Positions 56,701 to 64,000 of a stretch of DNA of 64,000 nucleotides are shown one piece after another; the stretch's first letter is position 1, and every line of letters starts with the position of its first letter. Source of the stretch: an uncultured Planctomycetaceae bacterium (lineage in GTDB: Bacteria > Planctomycetota > Planctomycetia > Isosphaerales > Isosphaeraceae); the NCBI GenBank assembly GCA_963833985.1, contig CAWIAD010000002.1:192001-256000 (forward strand), given 5' to 3'. A program made the translations under genes and the position numbers. Under the pieces are notes generated by a model that was given only the letters and a program-made list of their open reading frames with translations, made no database searches and was not told the origin of the DNA.

Positions 56701-57414
56701 CGTGGGGCTGGCCGACGGCCGCACGATCACCGGCCTGGCGGTCGAGGAGTCGGCCGAACGGCTGGTGCTGAAGAACGCCGAGGGGCAGCGGATCGTCATC
56801 AAGACGGCGGATATCGAGGACCGCAAGACGAGCGAGGTGTCGCTCATGCCCGAGGGGCTGGCCCAGACCATGACCGATCAGCAGCTCGTCGACCTGCTGG
56901 CCTACCTCTCCACGCTCCGCGAGCCGGTGAGCATCGTCGGCCAGTACCACATTGCGGGCCCGGTGCAGGAGCCGGACGGCGCTCCGCTCATCGACCCCCA
57001 TACCGAGATCAAGCTGGACGCGCCCCTGTCAGCACCCGGCAAGCAAACCCTGTCCTGGCGCCGGCTCGACGCCAGCGCCGAGGGCCTGGCGGACCTGGGC
57101 GTGCTCGCCGGCAGCACACCGCCAACCGCGGTTTACGCGTATGCGCCGCTTCGCTCGCCGATAGAGCAGGCGCAAGACTGGTGATCGACAGCACCGCAAG
57201 CGTCACGGCCTGGTGCGGGGGAAAGCTCGTGGTCGAGACGAGTCCAGCTCGAGGCGCCGCCGAGCCCCGATCGGTCGAGCTGACCCTGCCCAGGGGAAGC
57301 AGCTCGCTGCTGGTGCGCCTCAGCGGGACGGGGCCTGCAACGATCGTGACCACGCTCATCAGCCCCCAGCCGGTTTCCTTCACGGGAGGCGACGCCAGCC
57401 TCTCGGCAAGGTGA
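53701..57414 (+). CDS. PVC-type membrane-bound dehydrogenase-domain / HEAT-repeat / CxxCH haem-binding protein (frameshifts near 53975, 54430, 57170)
   Basis: WASEP..NPT..DVD.RGRIWV, LEDTDGDGKADK, FRPVD..VAPDG..VADWY, CAACH, GPDLS, SLMPEGL. Confidence 0.88.
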
Positions 57415-57427
57415 TCTCATCGTCAAC

Positions 57428-58378
57428 GTGGACTCCCCAGTGGCAACCCTCCCCCAGCCCGGCCTGGAAAGCAGCGAGACCAGCGCCCGCATCGCCGTGG
57501 CGATCCCCTGCTTCAACGAGGCCGCGGCGATCGGCGCCGTGATCGAGCAGTTTCGCACGGCGCTCCCCGGCGCGGAGATCGTGGTCTTCGACAACAATTC
57601 GACCGACGGCAGCGCCGGGGCCGCGATGGAGCATGGAGCGCGGGTGGAGAGCGTGGGCGACCAGGGCAAGGGGCACGTCGTTCGCGCGGCCTTCGCCCTT
57701 CTGGCCGACCGCGACGTGGTCGTGCTGGTGGACGGCGACGGGACCTACCCGGCCGAGGCCGCGCCGCTGCTGGCCGCGCCGGTGCTCGATGGCACGGCGG
57801 ACATGGTCGTGGGTGCACGCCAGCCGGAGCCCGGGGCACGCGCCATGTCGCCGGTCCGCGGTCTGGGCAATTTTCTGATCGGCTCGGCCTTCAGGCTATT
57901 GATCGGCAAGGGGACCGGCGACCTGCTCTCCGGCTACCGGGCCTTCTCGCCACGGTTCCTGCGCACCGTCACGCTCCGTTCGGCAGGGTTCGAGGTCGAG
58001 ACCGAGCTGGCGATCGAGGCCGTGGGGCGAAAGATGCGGACGCTCGAGGTCTCGGTCCCCTACCGGCCGCGGATCGCCGGCACGCAGAGCAAGCTCCATC
58101 CCCTGCACGACGGCTGGCGCATCCTCAAGACGATCGTCGTGCACGGCCTGCGGCGCGATCCGGCACGAGTCATCGTCGTCTACTGCATCGCGATCAGCGT
58201 CTTGCTCTACACCGGAATGGTCCTCGATCGCCACCAGAGCCTCCCCTGGCTACAGACGGCCTGGCTTTGCCTGCTGGGAGGCGGGTTTTTGTCCTTGATG
58301 GTGGCCGCGGCGATCGTGCAGCGGAAGGCTACCTCTACAGTCGCGGTTCGCCCGTCTCCGCCGGCAAGCCGTCGCTGA
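57428..58378 (+). CDS. Glycosyltransferase family 2 (DPM1-like) with two C-terminal TM helices
   Basis: IPCFNE, DNNSTDG, GKG, VDGDGTY, DLLSGYR, FEVETE, Y.PR. Confidence 0.9.
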   Translation: MDSPVATLPQPGLESSETSARIAVAIPCFNEAAAIGAVIEQFRTALPGAEIVVFDNNSTDGSAGAAMEHGARVESVGDQGKGHVVRAAFALLADRDVVVLVDGDGTYPAEAAPLLAAPVLDGTADMVVGARQPEPGARAMSPVRGLGNFLIGSAFRLLIGKGTGDLLSGYRAFSPRFLRTVTLRSAGFEVETELAIEAVGRKMRTLEVSVPYRPRIAGTQSKLHPLHDGWRILKTIVVHGLRRDPARVIVVYCIAISVLLYTGMVLDRHQSLPWLQTAWLCLLGGGFLSLMVAAAIVQRKATSTVAVRPSPPASRR

Positions 58379-58438
58379 GAGGCCGCCCCCGCGCCAGGCA
58401 AGCTTCCTTGCACGCGGGGCACCGGCCTTCAGGACCAC

Positions 58439-60610
58439 TCACTTTGAATAAGTGCCGAAGATGTCGTTACTGGACGTGGACGCGAAGTTGCCGGAGACCT
58501 TCGTCTTTCCCTTGAGCGTGACCGTGCCGCTGGTGGGGTCGATGTAAAGCCCGCCGCCGATGCCCTGGCCGCCCCCGCTGCCGCCCAGCGCGACGTTGCG
58601 CGTGATCGTCGTGCTGGTCAGCGTGGCCGTTGCACCGTTGGTGCTGTAAAGGGCTCCGCCCAGGCCGTTGCCGCCTCCACTGCCGCCCTGCGCGACGTTC
58701 ATCGAGAACGTGCCGCCGGAGATGCCGAGCGTCGCTCCGGAGTCATTCTCGATGGCTCCGCCTTCGCCGTTTCCCCCGCTGGCCCCATTCAATCCTGCAC
58801 CGCCGACGGCCAGGTTCGCGGCGAACTGGCTGTTGGAGATCGATAGAGTCCCGCCCTCGGCCTGGATGGCTCCGCCGAAGCCGAGGCCGCCCGCGTTCCC
58901 CGCGCCGCTGGCCGAGCCGCCAATCGCCTGGTTGCCGGTGAAGCTCGAGCTGGCCACCGTCGCGGTCGCTCCGAGGAAGTTCACGAACGCCCCGCCCGCG
59001 GCGATGCCGCCAAAGCCGGAGCTGGTCGATCCGCCGATCGCCTCATTGCCGCTGAACGTACTCCCGGAAAGATTCAAGGACGCGCTGAACCCCACATTCA
59101 TGACTGCGCCTGCGACGCCGAACCCGCCTCCCGGGCCGCCAATCGCCTCGTTGCCCAGGAAGCTGCTGTTCTGGATCGTCAGCGGGCCGAAGTTGTCGAT
59201 AGCACCCGCGCTGCCACTGACGCCCAGGAGCGGCGTGGACGCCGGTACCTGGGCGATGTTGCCAGCAAAGGAGCTACCTTTGATAGTCGCCTGTGTCACC
59301 TGATTGAGATCCAGGGCGCCTCCCTGACTGCTGACCGTCCCGTTGACGACGTTGTTGTCGAATACCGAACCGGTGATCGTCAGGGTGGCGTATGAATCGA
59401 GATGAACGGCGCCGCCGTCGGCGAAGCCGCCAATCACCTGGTTCCCCAGGAACGTGCTGTTGCTGATGCTCACAACGGTGCCCGGCGAGAATCCAGTGGC
59501 CACCCAGAGCCCGCCGCCCAGGGCCAAGGCGAAGTTCGAACTGCTGGTGGCCGTGTTATCGGCGATCAGTGAGTTGCTGATTGACAGCGTCCCCTGATCC
59601 TGGGCGATGCCTCCGCCGAAGGTGGAGGTATTGCCGGTAATGGTGCTGTTGCTCAGGTTGAGCACCGCCCCGAAGCCCGCGAAGATACCGCCACCGTCCC
59701 CTTGCGTGGGGTCCGGTGAGGCGTTGTTGCTGATCACGCTGTTCGACACGTTCATGTTCGCCTGGGTGTAGATTCCCCCGCCCTCGCCCCCGGTGTTACC
59801 GCTGATGGTGCATCTGGTGATGCTCGCCGGGGTGGACGGGGGGACGAACGGTCCATAGGCGATGGCCCCACCGCCTCCCGAGGTGGCCGCGTCGCTGCTG
59901 AAGTTGGACCCGGCAACGCTCAAGGTGCCAAGGGAGTTGATGCCCCCGCCGAAGAGGGCGGAATCATTCTGGAACGTGGAGCCGGTCACAGTGAGCGGAC
60001 CGTCGCCCTCAATGCCGCCTCCATATCCATTGGGCGCCGTGTCGTTCACGAAGCGGGAGTTGTTCACCGTCAGTGCGCCGGCGTCCTCGATACCGCCTCC
60101 CTCGCCACCGGGCGTCGTATTGTTGCTGAGCACGCAATTGCTCACGGTCAGGGTCCCGAGGTCGAGAATCCCGCCCCCGCTGCCGAAGTTGGTTGCGGGC
60201 GCCACGCCATTGGCGATGGTCAAGCTGGAAATGCTGGCCGTCACGCCGGAGTCCACCTGGAAGACCTGCGACGCGTTGTTGCCGCTGATGGTCAGGGTGT
60301 TCGCCCCCGGCCCCACGATGCTGACGTTGGTGGCAACTTCCAGCAGGCCGCTGGTGAGCGCGATCGTGCCGGTCACGCCCCTGGCGAACTTGATCGTGTC
60401 ACCGCTCTGGGCCAGGCCGAGTTCGGCCCGGAGTGAGCCCGTACCACTGTCAGCGGTGTTCTGGACGACCAGCGTGCTCAGGAGCGTCCGGCCTTCGAGC
60501 GCATCGATCCGGGGACGGAAGCGCGTCGCCGCGCTCTTCCGGGAGGGCCGCGCCGGGGCCTGGGAAACTCGCACGCCACCGATCAGGTTTTGGAATGGAC
60601 GAAAGATCAT
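58439..60610 (-). CDS. Gly-rich beta-solenoid surface protein with planctomycete extracellular leader
   Basis: RFRPRIDALEGRTLLS, DSGTGSLR, GGAI / F.GN.A.GG repeats. Confidence 0.88.
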   Translation of the reverse strand: MIFRPFQNLIGGVRVSQAPARPSRKSAATRFRPRIDALEGRTLLSTLVVQNTADSGTGSLRAELGLAQSGDTIKFARGVTGTIALTSGLLEVATNVSIVGPGANTLTISGNNASQVFQVDSGVTASISSLTIANGVAPATNFGSGGGILDLGTLTVSNCVLSNNTTPGGEGGGIEDAGALTVNNSRFVNDTAPNGYGGGIEGDGPLTVTGSTFQNDSALFGGGINSLGTLSVAGSNFSSDAATSGGGGAIAYGPFVPPSTPASITRCTISGNTGGEGGGIYTQANMNVSNSVISNNASPDPTQGDGGGIFAGFGAVLNLSNSTITGNTSTFGGGIAQDQGTLSISNSLIADNTATSSSNFALALGGGLWVATGFSPGTVVSISNSTFLGNQVIGGFADGGAVHLDSYATLTITGSVFDNNVVNGTVSSQGGALDLNQVTQATIKGSSFAGNIAQVPASTPLLGVSGSAGAIDNFGPLTIQNSSFLGNEAIGGPGGGFGVAGAVMNVGFSASLNLSGSTFSGNEAIGGSTSSGFGGIAAGGAFVNFLGATATVASSSFTGNQAIGGSASGAGNAGGLGFGGAIQAEGGTLSISNSQFAANLAVGGAGLNGASGGNGEGGAIENDSGATLGISGGTFSMNVAQGGSGGGNGLGGALYSTNGATATLTSTTITRNVALGGSGGGQGIGGGLYIDPTSGTVTLKGKTKVSGNFASTSSNDIFGTYSK

Positions 60611-60920
60611 GAGGAAACTCCCTGAAGCAAAGGAATGACAGGAAAAAGAGCCGGCAGTTTCTCGCGGGGCGCAGTGCGCACCCCGAACGGGACCGCGCGG
60701 CGAGCCGCGGCTGCACGACGAAACCAAGGCGCCGCCTGAAGACGGTGCGAGCGCAGGCCGGCTGTGAAACCGGGCACGGCCGCTCACGGCGCACTCACAT
60801 GCTGAGAACTCGGAACAAGACCAGGACCAGCGGGAGGCACATGAAGGCCGCGCTCCGGCTAGTCATGGAAGATCATTTTCGCGGATCACACCTCCTTTCC
60901 CGTGGCCGGCAAGCCGCCGC

Positions 60921-63261
60921 TCACACCCCTCCGCCCGAGTGCCTCACGGTGAAAGCCAGCGCGCACAGGAGGGTTCCCAATCCTAGCAGCACGACCTGCC
61001 CCGGCTCGGGAACCGGGGTGAGCAGAAAACCGTGCAGCTTTCCTTCGGGGCTGATGCCGTTGCCGATGATCATGCCGTGGTCATTGATGTCCTTGGCTTC
61101 GTAAAGTACCCAGCCCGATCCGGGTGAGATGAAATGGTTCAGGTCGAGCATCTGCCGGCCATCGTGCAGAAACGCGCACCAGACCGGAGGAATGCTCACG
61201 TTGCCCACCATGCGGGTCCGGGGATCGAGCAGGCTCGGGGCACGCGCCGAGCGGCCGACGACCAGACCGTTATTGTTGATCGCGTACGCGTAGGAATCAG
61301 CACCGCCGAGGGTGCCCAGGTCATCAGTCGCGGGATTGATCGGCATGTTCGGCCGCGTGCGGAACGCATGGCGCCCGCCCTGGCCGTTTACCGACCAGCC
61401 CGCAACCTGACCGTTGTCGTTGATAGCGAAGCCTCGGCTGTAGCCGCCGGTCATGCCCGTCAGCGAGCCCAGATCATCCGTGGCGGCGTTGATCGGCCGG
61501 TCGGGCGCGGTCCGGAAGGCATGAAGTGGTCCGCCAGGCGCCTCGGAGTCTCCCGTGACCTGGCCCAGCGCATTGATGCCCCGGGCCTCGCTGGACCCGC
61601 CTGCGAGCGTGCCCAGGTCATCGGTCGCGGGGTTGATCGGCCCATCCGGTTGAGTGCGAAATGCATGATGGTCCCAGACGCCGCCCTGACTGGACCGCCC
61701 CACGACCTCGCCGCGCTCGTTGATGTCCGCGGGATAGGCGACGGCAGGACCGCCATCGGGGGTTGGGCCAAGCGCGCCGAGTGCCTGCGTGTCAAAAGCC
61801 GACATCACCCCTCGGGCCGGCCCTTCCGCCAGTACCCGGGCCACGACGACACCCTCAAGACTCTCCCCGACGACCTTGCCCGCATCGTTGATTCCCATGG
61901 AAGCCCCCGGGCCGGCCAGCGAGAGTTCGCTGCGCTGGCCGCGGCCGTCCGAGGACCTGCCGCGGACCCACGACGGTCCGGCGAAGTGTCCCCCGATCCG
62001 GTCCCTTGCCGGGTTGATGGGCCGGTTCGTCGCCGTGCGGAATGCGTGATACTGTCCCGATGGGTCCATCGACAGCCCAACCACCTGGCCGTGGTTGTTG
62101 ATGCGCTGGGGATAGCTGGTCGGGCCGCCCAGGCTGCCCAGATCCATGATCTGGTAGGTGCGCGCCGTGAAGGCCGGCGGCCGGAGCGGGACCATGAGGA
62201 TCGACAGGCTGACGACCCCGGCCGTGCCGGCGCGTGACAGTCTCCGGGGGACGCCGCCCCGGATGATGAGCGCGAGCCGACTCTTGAGCCGTCGAACATG
62301 CCAGAGCCCGCTGGCACCCAGGGGCAGGACAGGAGCCGACCCGGCCAGAAAATCCACCGTGTCCAGCAGCGCATCGGCATAGGCCCGCGCCGCGGTGGGC
62401 AGCATCGACACCACCCAGGCGTCGCAGCACTCTTCCTCCGCATCCCGCAAGGCGCGGCGGACCAGCCAGGCCACGGGACACCACCAGTAAAAGGCCATGA
62501 CCACCATTTCCAGCATGCGGACCCAGTGGTCGCGGCGTCTCAGGTGTGCCAGCTCGTGGACCAGCAGCGTCTCTTGCTTCACCGGGTCCAGCCGTTCCCA
62601 GAGCCTCGCGAGGAATGAGGATCCGCGGCTGGCAGCCCAGCGCCCAGAGCAAGGGTGACAGGGCGCCGGAAATCATGCAGACGCGTGGTGCCCGCCCCGA
62701 GCGGATGCCCATCCGCAGGGCGAGCCCGGCGGCTCGCTCCTGGAGCGAGACGGGCGCCACAGCCGCGTCACGCAGCACCCTCCGTGCGCTGGTCAGGCGA
62801 GCCGTCGAGGATATGAGCCGGAATGCCGAAACTGCCATCCAGACCACCGCCCCCAGCGCCGGCCAGCTCGTGGGAACCCACTGCGCCACTCCGCGGATCA
62901 TGGGCTGAACGACTGCGGGGTACGGCTGAAGCTCGGGAGCCGGTTCCCGGCCGGTCTCAAGGGACGCGGGTTCCGAGGGACTGCCGTGCTCGGACGGACT
63001 TCCAGTCATCTCCCGCGGGTGGATCGAGGACGTCCAGGGTGCGGCAGCGGCAGAAGACACGGCCGAGGCCGCAATCGGTACAGGCCGATTGCTCTGGCTC
63101 AATGGAGTGAGCGGGGGCGTGAGCAGCTTCACCAGCAAGAGCACCCAGAGCCCGTGCACGAGCGCCGGCCGGCGCACACCGAGATTCACCGCAAGGACCA
63201 GGAGAGCCAGTCCCGTCACGGTCAGTGCGTTGGCCAGCATCGCGTCGAGCAGGTACTCCAT
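60921..63261 (-). CDS. BlaR1/MecR1-type M56 metallopeptidase fused to HAF repeats and a PEP-CTERM-like tail (frameshift near 62605)
   Basis: LWVLLLVKLLTPP, HELAH, WWCPVAW, EECCD; HAFRT..N.PINPATDDLG repeats; terminal PVPEP plus hydrophobic helix. Confidence 0.85.
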
Positions 63262-63274
63262 CCACGCCCCCCAT

Positions 63275-63691
63275 TCACGCTGTGTCGCCCGTTTCGCCCC
63301 CGGGGCTCTTCCCTTCATCGAGGCTTTCAAGGAACTCGCGGAGCACCTTGCGGTCCCTGGCGGGCATGCTCCGGCCTTCGATCAGATGGCTGAAGAGAGC
63401 CCCCAGCGATCCACCGCACAACTGGTCGGCCACGCCGCGCAGCCTGCGGTTGACCAGCTCGTCGCGGCCGACCGCCGCCTCGAACAACTGTACCGGCCCG
63501 CTCCGGTCGCGGCGCACGCACCCCTTGGCCTCGAGCCGGTCCAGCAGCTTCTGCACCGTGGGGTGGGCCAGGGACCTGCCGCCCGGGTAGAGCTTGTCGA
63601 TCAACTGGCGCGCAGTCGCCTGCCGCATGTCCCAGAGCACACGCATGATCGCCAGTTCGGCCTCGGTGACGTCGTGACCCGGAGAGCCCAT
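63275..63691 (-). CDS. BlaI/MecI/CopY family repressor
   Basis: TEAELAIMRVLW, TVQKLLDRLEAKG, GGS...L. Confidence 0.92.
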   Translation of the reverse strand: MGSPGHDVTEAELAIMRVLWDMRQATARQLIDKLYPGGRSLAHPTVQKLLDRLEAKGCVRRDRSGPVQLFEAAVGRDELVNRRLRGVADQLCGGSLGALFSHLIEGRSMPARDRKVLREFLESLDEGKSPGGETGDTA

Positions 63692-63706
63692 GAAGACCTC
63701 GGCGCG

Positions 63707-63757
63707 ATAGATGAGCTGTCTATTGCTGAGTTAACACGGTCGCGCGGGTCTCGTCAA
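63707..63757 (-). promoter_or_regulatory. Candidate promoter and operator of the blaI-blaR-like operon
   Basis: TTGACG-N17-TTAACT (63757-63729) followed by palindrome ATAGA-N7-TCTAT (63707-63723). Confidence 0.45.
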
Positions 63758-63814
63758 GAAAAAAATGCAACGAAACCGGCAGTTGTGCCTGCGGGACGGC
63801 CTGCGAGGCTGGGC

Positions 63815-64000
63815 TCAGTCCGATTTGCCCGCGGGCACCTTGTGCTCGAGGAAGCGAGTCATGAGCTCGAAGAGATGGCGGCGCGTGCCCTCGCCCTCGC
63901 TGATGGCGTGGGTGCGATTGGGGTAGGCCATCATCGAGAAGGGCTTGTTCAACGCGATCAGCCGATCAACGAGCGCCTCGCAGTTCTGGTGGGTCATGGA
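63815..64000 (-). CDS. C-terminal part of an S9 (dipeptidyl peptidase IV-like) peptidase, running off the window
   Basis: QNCEALVDRLIALNKPFSMMAYPNRTHAI, with the catalytic His in YP.R.H. Confidence 0.8.
   Translation of the reverse strand, partial: SMTHQNCEALVDRLIALNKPFSMMAYPNRTHAISEGEGTRRHLFELMTRFLEHKVPAGKSD

Overview
A GC-rich 64 kb bacterial window, very probably from a planctomycete (Isosphaeraceae-like). This is inferred from 'Planctomycete extracellular' leader motifs, a DUF1559 prepilin-like gene, a PVC-type CxxCH haem protein, TPR Ser/Thr kinases and BlaI/BlaR pairs. About 45 genes are recognisable: two TPR kinases, purN, a bshB1-like deacetylase, DAHP synthase, HtrA, a membrane-bound sigma54 activator, Fe-ADH, a sugar-nucleotide/glycosyltransferase block and a complete IS5-family element. 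At least 16 single-base frameshifts in otherwise intact genes point to long-read assembly errors. I saw no rRNA, tRNA or true CRISPR array. Main signals: (1) a Y1/HUH (RAYT-like) transposase bracketed by two different repeat arrays, whose inverted homologues also bracket a neighbouring surface-protein gene, suggesting a non-autonomous cargo-carrying element with expanding GGACA-type tracts at one end; (2) an unannotated Trp/Phe/Tyr-rich leader peptide and attenuator in front of DAHP synthase; (3) a BlaR1-type M56 protease fused to HAF repeats and a PEP-CTERM-like tail; (4) a DUF1559 cassette flanked by a 169-bp duplication; (5) a small recombinase-scarred island with an 81-bp repeat showing a compensatory base change. 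Family assignments come from motif recognition by eye, not database searches.
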